Below are positions 47,346 through 57,200 of a stretch of 64,000 bases of DNA, one piece after another. Location of the stretch: positions 91,819 through 155,818 of the forward strand of contig CAYQUS010000001.1 in the NCBI GenBank assembly GCA_964421015.1, given 5' to 3'. Within the stretch, counting starts at the first letter, position 1. Every line of letters begins with the position of its first letter. Position numbers and translations under genes: made by a program. The DNA is from an uncultured Planctomycetia bacterium. Its GTDB lineage: Bacteria; Omnitrophota; Gorgyraeia; Tantalellales; Tantalellaceae. Below the pieces are notes generated by a model. It made no database searches, had not been told where the DNA came from, and was given only the letters and a program-made list of their open reading frames with translations.

Positions 47346-49919
47346 TCAGCTTCCGGTATTTTTAGTCTCTATCCCGAACACCTTTTCTTCCGCAAAAACC
47401 CTTCCATTATGCTCCATTTCCACCGAAACCACTATCCCATATCCCCAGGAAAGAGGTTTCCCGTCAAACTCGACATACACTTTTCCATAATCGTTCTTCT
47501 TGGCTATATCCGCCCTCAGCACGCATACCCTGCCCTCGCCGGCCCAGTTTATCTCAACATCGTCTATCCACAGTTCATCGACCGCGGAAACCAGGTATTC
47601 CCCTCCGTTGGAGGGAAAAACGTAGGGATCTGCCGAAACCTGCTCCGTAACGTAATCCTCATAGGTCGAAGTCCCTCCGGAATATTCCCAGTATGGCTGC
47701 GTCACCATTTCCGCGAGATACTGAACATACCTTACGGAGTCTATGGAAAGCTCGAACGGGCTCGTGGAAGACCCCGAGACATCCGCCCAGTCCGGCGCTC
47801 CGGTCATGGCGAAATTTCCCGAAGAGCGTGCCTTGAGCACTATCGGGGCAGCCGACAAATTCTCCTCGCTCCACGTCAAGCTGTCATAACTCGGGGCAAA
47901 AACCTCGGTATCGAATATGCGAGACTCCACGGTTCCCTTTTTCCTCCACGAATCCATCTCCACCACGATGTAAATGTCGTCGTTTGCCGCGGGTTCCAAT
48001 TTGGCGAACGCAACACCTACGCCCACAGAGGTAAAATCCACGGCAACCCCGCCGTCCTCAGGAGTGATCTGAAAATGATCGGCGGTACTGTTAGCGACCA
48101 CGTATACGTCGGATCGCGCCGACGCGAGGTCGCTCCATGAAGGCGTACCGGCTATCTGGGACAGCCCGGTCTCAAGCGAAAAAACTTCCAGATTTCCGGG
48201 AGTCCCGCCCACATCTATACCCGGCGAAGACGTAGCGGTAAAAACCACCATATCCCCGTCCTCAAGTCCGTGCCCGGCCGAATCTATCCTGTCATCTTCT
48301 ATGTTGACTATCCCGGATGAAAAAACAGGGCTTATGACGTAGGTGTTATCCCCTGTGCCGTTAAAATACCTGCAGTCCGCGGCATCCGGGTCGAAATCCA
48401 CCCCAAATTCGGCCTCAAGATCAGGCACTTTTATGGTCAGTAGATATTCCGCGTCATTGCCCGAGGCGTCATCCACCGCTAACGGGAAAGCTGTCCACTC
48501 GCTCCACGCGAAAGAGCCGGCTGCTACCCATGCCTCGGCAAGGATCTCTTCACTGTCACTGTTTTCGTTCCCGTCCGTAAGGTCCTTAAAAAAAAGCTGC
48601 TGATGCGTGTGATACTCATAGGGCTCGTCGTCCGCTCCCGGAGCGGTATTCCCCTGCCCGTCGTAATCCGCCGCGCCGACGGATGTATCTTTCCGTGTTA
48701 TGTACGCGCTGTCTATCTTAAGAGGGTTAACACTGGAAGACATTATCTTCACGCGTACCATGTCGGCCCTGACCGGTTCCGTAGCCCCTGTACCCGAAGG
48801 ATCAATTTTGGAGTTAGAAATATTGTTCCTAAATACGGCGGGATACGCCGGAAGCGTCCCGTCCGCGGGCGGGTACTGGGCGTCGGCTCCGGATTCGTCA
48901 AATGCCTCCCAAACGACATCGTCGGCGTTCTCATCAAGCCGTGATTCTTCGGATGGCGTTACCATTTTAGCCCTTACCTCTTCCCCGTAAAGAGAGACAT
49001 TGCTGAAACTCGCGCTGTCGAAAGCGGAATTTCTCCAGAGGTCGTATCCATCGGTGAACTCTATGTAGTCGCCCTCCTCTGCCGCTGAATACTCCACGTA
49101 GTTGTGATTGCTGAACACCGTGTCGTAGATCCTCGTGACGTCGCCTCCGGAGGAGTCCCACATCCCTTCGGGGGCAAGTTCGGATATGTAGTACTCAGCC
49201 TCTCTGTAACTGTTGGCCGGATCTATTCTCACATTGTCTATCCCGAATGAAAAACCTCCCGAATCGTCATTTTTCCCGGATACCACAAAACTAACGGTAT
49301 GTTCTCCCGGAGTCACGTTAACTGTACCGAATATCACATCCGACTCCCTCACCGCGGACTCGGAATCGGTATAAAAATCGACTTCCCTGGCCAGGGGGCC
49401 GATAGTAAAGGTCTTGAGATAGGAATCTATTACAACCTCTCTGGAATCCCAATCAAGTTCACCGGATATCAGCGAGGCCAGAAGCTGCTGTCTTCCATCC
49501 TCATCAAGATCATCATCCCACGAGTTTACCACCGTTCTTACGAGGTTAAACCCCTCCCCGTCAGATTCCGCGTGATAGAACACTGTCTTGTCCCAGATTA
49601 TCTTCCGGTTAGCGTCAACCGTAAAAAAACCGTTCTCGTCAAGAGTGGCCTGGGGCATCATTACGGCGGTATACAAAAAAGCGTCTTCAGGATAAAAACT
49701 CATAAAGTCCCCGCTGGAAAGGCGAAGATCGCTTTTTATCTTTTCTACCGACGATAAAAGTTCGATCCTCATCCTGGTCCTTTCCCTCTCCCCGGACCAG
49801 GTCCTGTGAGTGAATATCCATGCCGATGTCACTGACGCCACAAGAAAAGCCGTCACTACGCCGACGAACATAACTTCCGTCAATGTGAACCCTTTTTGTC
49901 CTGAAAAAAACTTTTTCAT
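47346..49919 (-). CDS. Giant prepilin-type protein (857 aa) with N-terminal class III (type IV pilin) signal
   Basis: MKKFFSGQKG|FTLTEVMFVGVVTAFLVA: prepilin-peptidase site G|FTLTE with Glu at +5 and hydrophobic alpha1; long acidic Asp/Ser/Glu/Trp-rich C-terminal region. Confidence 0.6.
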   Translation of the reverse strand: MKKFFSGQKGFTLTEVMFVGVVTAFLVASVTSAWIFTHRTWSGERERTRMRIELLSSVEKIKSDLRLSSGDFMSFYPEDAFLYTAVMMPQATLDENGFFTVDANRKIIWDKTVFYHAESDGEGFNLVRTVVNSWDDDLDEDGRQQLLASLISGELDWDSREVVIDSYLKTFTIGPLAREVDFYTDSESAVRESDVIFGTVNVTPGEHTVSFVVSGKNDDSGGFSFGIDNVRIDPANSYREAEYYISELAPEGMWDSSGGDVTRIYDTVFSNHNYVEYSAAEEGDYIEFTDGYDLWRNSAFDSASFSNVSLYGEEVRAKMVTPSEESRLDENADDVVWEAFDESGADAQYPPADGTLPAYPAVFRNNISNSKIDPSGTGATEPVRADMVRVKIMSSSVNPLKIDSAYITRKDTSVGAADYDGQGNTAPGADDEPYEYHTHQQLFFKDLTDGNENSDSEEILAEAWVAAGSFAWSEWTAFPLAVDDASGNDAEYLLTIKVPDLEAEFGVDFDPDAADCRYFNGTGDNTYVISPVFSSGIVNIEDDRIDSAGHGLEDGDMVVFTATSSPGIDVGGTPGNLEVFSLETGLSQIAGTPSWSDLASARSDVYVVANSTADHFQITPEDGGVAVDFTSVGVGVAFAKLEPAANDDIYIVVEMDSWRKKGTVESRIFDTEVFAPSYDSLTWSEENLSAAPIVLKARSSGNFAMTGAPDWADVSGSSTSPFELSIDSVRYVQYLAEMVTQPYWEYSGGTSTYEDYVTEQVSADPYVFPSNGGEYLVSAVDELWIDDVEINWAGEGRVCVLRADIAKKNDYGKVYVEFDGKPLSWGYGIVVSVEMEHNGRVFAEEKVFGIETKNTGS

Positions 49920-49934
49920 ATAAGCCCCGGCGTA

Positions 49935-50351
49935 TTATTCCGTAGAAATATCAGCTATCAGAGTTTCCATTACAACCGGGCCTCCCGCCTTAACTCCGGA
50001 GGAAGCCCTGTAGACCGTGACCTTAACGTGCAATAGGTTAGCATAGCCGTCATAGTCCTCTTCTACCTCGGTAGTCCTGAAATAGTCCGTTACACCGTCT
50101 CCGTCATTGTCGACCTCTATATCCGTTTCGGGAGCCTCCTCAGGGATATCTCCGAAAACCATATTACGCAAGTCTTCCACCCGCTTAAGAGCCACAAGAG
50201 ACGTATTGTATATACCATCGGCTCCCACTCCAAGAACAGCACTTTGGGAAACAGCCGACAGGACGGCAAGGGTAACTATTGTGACAATTACCATGCCGGC
50301 TATGACCTCGACCAGAGTTATGCCTTTTTCATTCGTAGAAAAAGAAAACAA
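49935..50351 (-). CDS. Pseudopilin / minor pilin (prepilin-type N-terminal domain)
   Basis: NEKG|ITLVEVIAGMVIVTIVTLAVL prepilin motif; start proposed at TTG seven nt after a GGAGG RBS, giving a 9-aa leader (upstream in-frame ORF extension judged spurious). Confidence 0.5.
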   Translation of the reverse strand: MFSFSTNEKGITLVEVIAGMVIVTIVTLAVLSAVSQSAVLGVGADGIYNTSLVALKRVEDLRNMVFGDIPEEAPETDIEVDNDGDGVTDYFRTTEVEEDYDGYANLLHVKVTVYRASSGVKAGGPVVMETLIADISTE

Positions 50352-50557
50352 CACTACACCTCCGCGTTTTAAACCCCTAATATAAGTATACATTATATCC
50401 AGGCCGAAAACTATCATAGTCAGAGAAATAACGCGCAAGTAGCCTGAAAACCGACTTTTGACGAAAGTACACGCTTCTATGGCCATGAACCCGCTAAATT
50501 TGAATGCAAGAGAAGTGTTAATCCTAGAACTCTCTCCCGGGCATAACCGGGAAGAGC

Positions 50558-52105
50558 TCATTTCTCATCGATGATAACATCCTCTATGTGAAGAGATTTA
50601 TCGGATACGAGGTCGATCCGGCACCGATGTTTTTTCTGTATGTCTCCCAGCATCGCGGCCTGATCGGAAATAAGGGCGTCATGTATATCTGGATGCAGTA
50701 GAACGTTCACATGTTTTAGCTTTTTCGGGGATAAAGCGAACTTCTGGTCTATTCTTCGAACAGCCTCTATAGCTATGGTTTCCACGCTCTTTATCATGCC
50801 CTTCCCGGAACAATAGGGACACTCTACTCGTGAGGCGCTCTCAAGGCTCTTTCTCATCCTTTGGCGTGTCATCTCCACTACGCCGAACTGGCTTATTCCT
50901 CTGACGCTTATCCTGGCTTTATCGCGTTTCAGGGCATTTTCCAGCGTATGAGATATCTTGTCACGGTGTTCCTTTATCTCCATGTCTATGAAATCTATTA
51001 TGACTATGCCTCCGATGTCCCTCAGCATAAGCTGCTTTGGTATCTCCTCGGCGGCTTCCATGTTCGTACGAAAAGCTGTCTGCTCAAGCCCTTTTTTGCC
51101 GACAAAACTGCCTGTATTTACGTCTATTACTACCACTCCCTCGGTCTGTTCGATTATCAGGTAACCGCCGCTTTTAAGAGGCACCTTGCGCTCGAATATC
51201 CCGTCGATCTGTCTGTCCAGATCATATTTCTGGAAAAGAGGTGTTTTACCGTTGTAAAGTTTCACGTTATTACGTAAAGACGGCATGTAGGATTTAAGAA
51301 AACGCATGATACGGATATATTCTTCCCTGGAATCAACGAGAAACCTGCTGACGTCCTTTGAAAAAACATCTCTTATCATTCGCAGAACAAGTCCGTATTC
51401 CTCATAAACCGTAACCGGCGCTTTTTGCCGTGTTGACCTTTCTTTGATCGTCTTCCAAAGATTGACCAGGTACTTGTATTCGCTAAGCAGTTCCTCCTCC
51501 GAGCGCCCCTCGGCAACCGTTCTGACGATACATCCCGTTTCCTCCACGCCTCCTATCTTGGAGATTATGTCCCTTATGCGTTTTCGCTCATTCTTGTCGG
51601 TGATCCTGCGGGAAATGCCAAGACCTTTGTCATATGGGGTTAGAACAAGGTACCTGCCCGGAAGGCTGACAAATGTCGTAAGCCGCGGGCCTTTCGTACC
51701 CATTGCCTCCTTTACTACCTGGACCATCAGCTCTTCACCTATCTTCAGTATTTCCTTTATTTTTGGAAGCCCTCCATGCCGCACCTTTTTGACCTTGGGC
51801 TCGTCCTCGTCCGACAAAAGCTCCTTGAGAACAGAGTCCTTGTCTATAACGTCGCTCACGTGCAAGAATCCGTTCTTTTCCATGCCGATATCCACAAAAG
51901 CGGCGTCTATACCCTGCAGTATAGCGCTGACCCTACCTTTGTATATGCTGCCGGCGTAATGAACTTTGCTTTTCCTTTCCATGAAAAAATCCACAAGCTC
52001 TCCATTCTCAAGAACGGCCACCCGGGTCTCGATGGGGCTTGTGTCCACGAGCATTTCTTTCAGAACATGCTGCGCTTTTTTATCTTTCTGATGATGCTTT
52101 ATCAT
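50558..52105 (-). CDS. rng: Ribonuclease G / RNase E-family endoribonuclease
   Basis: S1 domain (AGSIYKGRVSAILQGIDAAFVDIG) then RNase E/G catalytic core; 515 aa without a scaffold region. Confidence 0.85.
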   Translation of the reverse strand: MIKHHQKDKKAQHVLKEMLVDTSPIETRVAVLENGELVDFFMERKSKVHYAGSIYKGRVSAILQGIDAAFVDIGMEKNGFLHVSDVIDKDSVLKELLSDEDEPKVKKVRHGGLPKIKEILKIGEELMVQVVKEAMGTKGPRLTTFVSLPGRYLVLTPYDKGLGISRRITDKNERKRIRDIISKIGGVEETGCIVRTVAEGRSEEELLSEYKYLVNLWKTIKERSTRQKAPVTVYEEYGLVLRMIRDVFSKDVSRFLVDSREEYIRIMRFLKSYMPSLRNNVKLYNGKTPLFQKYDLDRQIDGIFERKVPLKSGGYLIIEQTEGVVVIDVNTGSFVGKKGLEQTAFRTNMEAAEEIPKQLMLRDIGGIVIIDFIDMEIKEHRDKISHTLENALKRDKARISVRGISQFGVVEMTRQRMRKSLESASRVECPYCSGKGMIKSVETIAIEAVRRIDQKFALSPKKLKHVNVLLHPDIHDALISDQAAMLGDIQKKHRCRIDLVSDKSLHIEDVIIDEK

Positions 52106-52116
52106 GCTTTCTCCTT

Positions 52117-52416
52117 CTATTTCGTTATATCCAGTATCCTAACCCCGTCGGGCAGGCACCGGTTAATAGAGTCCGTTACCTCGGCTTCCGGCACATCGCG
52201 TGTCAACCATAGGGACAATTCCTCTTTCTCGCTCTCCACCCCCAGCTTAAGAGCCTTGGGCATACTTATCTTCACCCTGGGGGAAAACCCGCCTGTCAGA
52301 AAAAAAGGCAGACCGGCCCTTCTTATAGCCCTCCTGAAAAGGGTCATAAGGTCAAGGTGGGAAATATACACCATGTCCCCCTTTTTGCAGAAAACAGCGT
52401 TATATCTTGTAAGCAC
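52117..52416 (-). CDS. DUF2344/TIGR03936-like protein, short (99 aa, N-terminal half only)
   Basis: MVYISHLDLMTLFRRAIRRAGLPFFLTGGFSPRVKISMPKALKLGVESE matches conserved N-terminus of radical-SAM-linked DUF2344 proteins that are commonly adjacent to rng. Confidence 0.55.
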   Translation of the reverse strand: MLTRYNAVFCKKGDMVYISHLDLMTLFRRAIRRAGLPFFLTGGFSPRVKISMPKALKLGVESEKEELSLWLTRDVPEAEVTDSINRCLPDGVRILDITK

Positions 52417-52496
52417 CTGAGTCTTATTCCTCGTGGCTTTCAGGCGGGATGTTCCTTGAAATAAAAACCCTTTAGTGAAGCCCGCCGGTCCTTGCC

Positions 52497-54287
52497 CTAC
52501 TTTTTGTCCCTGAAATCCCAGAAAGACCTTTTCTTTTTCTCCTCGGCCGGAGCCTTGGAAACCGAGCCCACTATCTCCGTCTTTTCCTTTATACTGAGCT
52601 CTCCTTTCTTAACAAAAGGAAGAGAAGCCCCCGGCCCGTCCTTCATCTTGTCGCCGAACTTGTCACGTCCTTCCTTCTTGACATAAGCGTCGTAAGCGCC
52701 CTGAGACTGGGAGAATTCAACCGAATCTTTCCCGTCCCTCACTATGTGTACTGTCACAAAGAACACTATCTCTGTCCTGGTAATATCCTCAGCCTCGTAT
52801 TTAAAAATATGTCCTATGCCGGGTACATTGCCGAAAATGTCCCCCAATACCGGAACTTTATTATCCGTAGTCGTGGCATTCTTGCGTATAAGTCCCCCAA
52901 GAAAAATAGTTTCTCCGTCCTTTACCCTGACTATTGTGTTAGCCTCCCTGGAACTGTACGTAAGAGCTACGCTGCTGTCGGCTCCTCCTACCGGGATGAC
53001 GCTGAACTCAAGGTCTGAAGAAACCTCCGGAAGAAGATTTACGGATATCTCTCCTTCCTCGTTGACATGGGGGATAACAGCCAGTTTCACTCCTACTTCC
53101 CTGGCGTCACTTTCGCTTTCGAACTCGACAGTGACAAGAGTCGCGGTCTGCGTTGTCTCGACCGATTTCTGCAGCATTATCTTGTCTATGACCTTTATCG
53201 TGGCTTTCTGGTTATTGAGCGTAGTAATTCTTGGGCTCGATAGTATTTCCGTATCCCCTCTGTCGTTCAAAAGCTGCAAAGTAGCCGAGAATGTCGAGAA
53301 ATCAAGAGTTCCGAAACTGTACACGGAGTTGGCGGTCTGGGCCCCTGTCGGGCTCTGGAATATTGTGGCGTTCATCCGGGGGAACCTCTGGTTCTGATCA
53401 CTGCCCTCGGCCCCGTACTGGGGATAAAAATCCCGCTGGGTATCTCCCGGCATAAAAGGTAAAAGCCCGTCAGCGGTGAACGGGAAAGTTATTGGCCTTC
53501 TCGCGCCCGACGCTGTTATCACGGTGTTCCAGTCTATCCCGAACCTCTCATCCTTATCCAGAGTTATTTCCACGACCTTGGCGTCCAAAACTATCTGCGG
53601 AGGCTTCTGGTCTACCCCGGCGATCACCTTCTTTATCTCGCTCATTTTCGAAGGAATAGCCGTCACCACGAGGGAATTCACGCTGGGTATAAAGGTTACG
53701 CCCTCTCCTCTTTTCGTGTCCAAGAGATCGCCTATAGCCTTCATTAGCTGGGCAACGCTTATTTCCGTCTGGGAAACGCCAACCTCATCGCTTGAGTCGC
53801 TGGAACTCTTGGTAAGTTCAGTTTCCCTGGTGAGGTGACTCAGCTTTATGACCTCGGTAACTGTCTCCTCGGCAGCCAACTGCCCCCTGGGCATAACGCG
53901 TATTATGTGGTCTTCCCTGGAATAAACGTAACCGTAGTTTCTCGTAACTATGTCCAGAGCCGTTTCCCAAGGTTTGTCCCTAAGTCTCATGGTAACCTTC
54001 CCGGAAACCCCCGGAGCGGGAATTATATCAACCCCGCTAACTTCCGAAAGGTAGTGCAGGACGGTATTTATCTCGACATCCTTAAAATCCACGGTTATGC
54101 TCCCGGGAGAGGGCAGGACCACGGGCTTGGCCGGCTGAGAAACCGGCTGAGAAACCTGCGCCTGCGCTCCGGCAGTCTCACTGACCTGCGCAAAGGCATG
54201 AGTTCCGTCAAAAAGCGAAAAAACTAAAAAAAACGCCGTCAGGACACGAATTATCCCCTTCGATCCTATTTTAAACGCTCCGGACAT
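52497..54287 (-). CDS. pilQ: Type IV pilus secretin PilQ
   Basis: Signal peptide; N-domains; C-terminal secretin domain (VPVLGDIFGNVPGIGHIF..TEIVFFVT). Confidence 0.85.
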   Translation of the reverse strand: MSGAFKIGSKGIIRVLTAFFLVFSLFDGTHAFAQVSETAGAQAQVSQPVSQPAKPVVLPSPGSITVDFKDVEINTVLHYLSEVSGVDIIPAPGVSGKVTMRLRDKPWETALDIVTRNYGYVYSREDHIIRVMPRGQLAAEETVTEVIKLSHLTRETELTKSSSDSSDEVGVSQTEISVAQLMKAIGDLLDTKRGEGVTFIPSVNSLVVTAIPSKMSEIKKVIAGVDQKPPQIVLDAKVVEITLDKDERFGIDWNTVITASGARRPITFPFTADGLLPFMPGDTQRDFYPQYGAEGSDQNQRFPRMNATIFQSPTGAQTANSVYSFGTLDFSTFSATLQLLNDRGDTEILSSPRITTLNNQKATIKVIDKIMLQKSVETTQTATLVTVEFESESDAREVGVKLAVIPHVNEEGEISVNLLPEVSSDLEFSVIPVGGADSSVALTYSSREANTIVRVKDGETIFLGGLIRKNATTTDNKVPVLGDIFGNVPGIGHIFKYEAEDITRTEIVFFVTVHIVRDGKDSVEFSQSQGAYDAYVKKEGRDKFGDKMKDGPGASLPFVKKGELSIKEKTEIVGSVSKAPAEEKKKRSFWDFRDKK

Positions 54288-54311
54288 GATCCCTCCTCAT
54301 ATATCATTGAT

Positions 54312-54695
54312 TCACTGCTGAACCTTGTGTTCATACAGCAATATCTCATGAACAGCCCCGTCAATGGATATCACGGCTTTGTTGTCCCCTACCTCAACAA
54401 GTTCAACAAGCCCCACCGTCTGGCCTTCCTCTAAAATTTCCCCGTTGAGCACTATAGCCTTCTTTCCCTCAGACCCCGTTGCTATACCCTGAAACTTGGC
54501 GTCCACTATCGTGAATATTCCGGCTATACCGCTTCTGGATTTTACCGTGTCGACCCCGACAAGGGGAACAAAGGGGTCTCTCCTTAAACTCTTCTCCGGC
54601 TCCGTTTCATCTTCGCCGTAGAAAACTCCGGCATAAAAAAACACCCCTAGAAAAAGCATAACCGCCAGGATCTTTGAAAAAGCGTTATTTGGCAT
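54312..54695 (-). CDS. pilP: PilP-like pilus assembly protein
   Basis: Small protein with N-terminal TM/signal (AFSKILAVMLFLGVFFYAG) and beta-rich C-terminus, located between pilO and pilQ; start trimmed to MPNN. Confidence 0.5.
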   Translation of the reverse strand: MPNNAFSKILAVMLFLGVFFYAGVFYGEDETEPEKSLRRDPFVPLVGVDTVKSRSGIAGIFTIVDAKFQGIATGSEGKKAIVLNGEILEEGQTVGLVELVEVGDNKAVISIDGAVHEILLYEHKVQQ

Positions 54696-55296
54696 CTTTT
54701 CCGCCTTTTTGCGAAATGTATATCTTAAGAACAATGTGCGCGTCATGCCGTGTAGGAGATTTGGGATCGTACTGCAACCTTATGTCACGTACAGAGGGAA
54801 AACCCTTGCCTTTTTCCAGCTCGCCTATAAAATGCCTCATCTGGTGATATCCGCCCTTGGCCGATATGACCACCATCATACTCGGGTAAAGATCAGCCGA
54901 CTTGTCAACTGCCGCCTGGACCCCCATCGGGGTAACGCTTATTATCCTTACGTTCGAGTCCTTGGCCACGACTGCCAGAGAATCCAGAAAGGCGGCTATT
55001 TCCTTGGTTCCAGGCACCTGGCTCGCGTAAGAGGAAAACTCTTCCCTGAGGGATTCCAGTTTTTTTTCAAGCTTGCCCGTGTTTTCCAGATCTTTCCTTG
55101 CCATATCGATTTTCTTGGAAATTTTAAGAGAATTCTTCGATACGTTTCCCAGATTCTTTACCGTCGGCACCACAAGAAAAAAACCGTAGAGAGCCGCGAA
55201 AACCGCCGCCGCTGAAACAGCCGCATAAGCCCTTTTCTTCTCATCCTGAAGAAAATCCCTTATCTCATCTGCAATTTTCTCTAATTTCGGGTCCAT
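54685..55296 (-). CDS. pilO: PilO-like pilus assembly protein
   Basis: Single TM (AVSAAAVFAALYGFFLVV) followed by coiled coil and PilO-type periplasmic domain; position after pilN; start trimmed to MDPK. Confidence 0.6.
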   Translation of the reverse strand: MDPKLEKIADEIRDFLQDEKKRAYAAVSAAAVFAALYGFFLVVPTVKNLGNVSKNSLKISKKIDMARKDLENTGKLEKKLESLREEFSSYASQVPGTKEIAAFLDSLAVVAKDSNVRIISVTPMGVQAAVDKSADLYPSMMVVISAKGGYHQMRHFIGELEKGKGFPSVRDIRLQYDPKSPTRHDAHIVLKIYISQKGGKDAK

Positions 55297-55313
55297 CCGC
55301 GATTTCCCGCTCC

Positions 55314-55982
55314 TTACTTTCTTCTTTTTCTTTTCGAACCCGCTTTTTTGGCGGACTCTGCCCTTCTCGGAAATTCGCATTTCAGACGAAAAAGCATTGT
55401 CGCTTCGTCATCAACGGCTTTGGAACTCATGTCTATAAGCTCTATCTCTCTGAAATACCCCGAGAAATCCTTGTTCGCCTTAAGCGAGTTTATGAACCTG
55501 GCCACGCCGGACGTAGCCACCTCGCTGTTCCCCAGAAAATGTCCGGTGAGGACCAGCCTGGTGGGATACTGTTCCGTGTCTTTATAGTTGAAGGTTTTTC
55601 CCGAAGACTCAAGCGCGAGCCTCGACAGCCATACTCCAGGGATAACCGCCTCATCAAGCCCGCCGAGAAGACGGTACCATTTTACCTCGGTACCCGATAT
55701 CTTTTTGACGAACTTTATGGCCTTTTCCATTTCGGCTATTTCGGATGACAGAGCGTCATATTTTTCTTTCAGTGGTTTAATATCCTCCCATTCGCCCTCG
55801 AGCCGTCCGGCATGGTTTCCCTTAAGAAGCACCGCCACCCCCAAAAACGCGTGAACAATAAGAACAAGAGCCGAAATCCCGATAGCTATCGGGATAAGCG
55901 GAAGCACTATGGGGCCGGAGCTTTTCGCCCGTTTTTTTACCCTGAACTCTTTAGGCAGAAGGTTTATTTCTATCATTTTCAT
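55314..55982 (-). CDS. pilN: PilN pilus assembly protein
   Basis: MKMIEINLLPKE conserved PilN N-terminus, TM, coiled coil. Confidence 0.7.
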   Translation of the reverse strand: MKMIEINLLPKEFRVKKRAKSSGPIVLPLIPIAIGISALVLIVHAFLGVAVLLKGNHAGRLEGEWEDIKPLKEKYDALSSEIAEMEKAIKFVKKISGTEVKWYRLLGGLDEAVIPGVWLSRLALESSGKTFNYKDTEQYPTRLVLTGHFLGNSEVATSGVARFINSLKANKDFSGYFREIELIDMSSKAVDDEATMLFRLKCEFPRRAESAKKAGSKRKRRK

Positions 55983-55996
55983 GGTTTCAAGCTCGG

Positions 55997-57016
55997 CTAT
56001 CCTCTTTTGGCCAGACCTACGCTTACCGCGAGCCGCGAAGAGACAAGATCAACGTCCTTTCTCGATAAAACATCAGAAGTTTTCATCCCGAAAAGGGGGT
56101 CCCACTTTTCCACGCTGGTTCCCATTTTTTCCGAGAGGAACTCAATAACTCCTCCCGCGTACACCAGACCTCCCGAACAGAAAATACCTTCTATTGACCT
56201 GTTGCATGTCCCCTCAAAATACCCGAAAGAAAGCTGAACCTCTCTGACTATATCGTTAAGGACCTTACGGACGCAATTCTCCACCGTCTCTTTGTCGAAC
56301 TCGCCTATACCTCGCTTATACTCGTCCGCCTGGGCATGAGACACAGAGAGGTTCCTGGCTATCAGAGAGTCTATATCCCCTCCTCCGATCTGTATCTGCC
56401 TCATAAAATAAGGGGCTTCGTCCACTGATATAAGCAGCGACGTAACGGAATGCCCCATGTCCACAAGAGCGAAAACGTTTTTGTTAGACGCCGCTTTGGA
56501 GGTAACAAAGGCGTTGAATAACGCGAAGGCGTTCACATCTATGAAATTTATTCTTATGCCCATATCCATCAAAAGCTTGACCCTTTCTTCCACGAAAGCT
56601 CTTTTCGCGGCCGTGAGAAGAACTTTCATCTGCCCCTGCTCGGGCGCGTCTCCCAGAATAACGCTGTCAAGGATAACTTCCTTGACACTGAAAGGGATAT
56701 ATTTTTCAGCCTCGAAAACAAGAGCCGCCTCAAGCTGCTCTTTTGTCATTTTAGGCAGAGTTATGAACCTGACTATTACCTCAGGTCCGCCGACGGAAAG
56801 ATTGACGTTACGGGGACGTATGTCTATCTCTGCGAGAGCCGCCTTAAGTTCGGCGGCAAGATCGGGTTTTTCAGCGTTCTTGGAGAAATCCCTGACATTG
56901 TAAGCTTCCAGCAGGGGCTCTTCAGTAGAGCCGCTTAGAACGGCCACTTTTATTGAATGCGAGCCTATGTCTATCCCGACGGTCGCGTCGTCCCTGCCGG
57001 ACCCCAGCTTTGCCAT
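55997..57016 (-). CDS. pilM: Type IV pilus assembly ATPase-like protein PilM (actin fold)
   Basis: VGIDIGSHSIKVAVL..; 339 aa actin/FtsA-like; pilMNOPQ order. Confidence 0.85.
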   Translation of the reverse strand: MAKLGSGRDDATVGIDIGSHSIKVAVLSGSTEEPLLEAYNVRDFSKNAEKPDLAAELKAALAEIDIRPRNVNLSVGGPEVIVRFITLPKMTKEQLEAALVFEAEKYIPFSVKEVILDSVILGDAPEQGQMKVLLTAAKRAFVEERVKLLMDMGIRINFIDVNAFALFNAFVTSKAASNKNVFALVDMGHSVTSLLISVDEAPYFMRQIQIGGGDIDSLIARNLSVSHAQADEYKRGIGEFDKETVENCVRKVLNDIVREVQLSFGYFEGTCNRSIEGIFCSGGLVYAGGVIEFLSEKMGTSVEKWDPLFGMKTSDVLSRKDVDLVSSRLAVSVGLAKRG

Positions 57017-57081
57017 TTTAAAGGGTTTTTCCTCCGATTGCGTCGCTGTTTTGTTTGGAGAGTTATATTATATTTGTACAA

Positions 57082-57110
57082 AGAGTATCATATGGGATAG
57101 CCATTGTCAA
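57082..57110 (-). promoter_or_regulatory. Candidate sigma70 promoter for pilMNOPQ (TTGACA-N17-TACTCT)
   Basis: Minus strand ggcTTGACAatggctatcccatatgaTACTCT between pilin terminator and pilM. Confidence 0.3.
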
Positions 57111-57134
57111 GCCGGCACACCTATCGACCTGTCT

Positions 57135-57170
57135 AAAAAAAAGAGGAGAACCGCCGAAACGGTTCTCCTC
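57135..57170 (-). terminator. Strong rho-independent terminator downstream of the pilin gene
   Basis: Minus-strand perfect 11-bp stem GAGGAGAACCG-tttcgg-CGGTTCTCCTC followed by T8. Confidence 0.75.
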
Positions 57171-57200
57171 TTTCGGGAGGCAAAAGCCTCGCCAACTTTA

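Noticed and set aside
52452-52483. GGCGGG...CCCGCC inverted repeat between pilQ and the DUF2344 gene
   Set aside because: Only a 6-bp stem with a roughly 20-nt loop and no flanking T-tract. Too weak to call a terminator.
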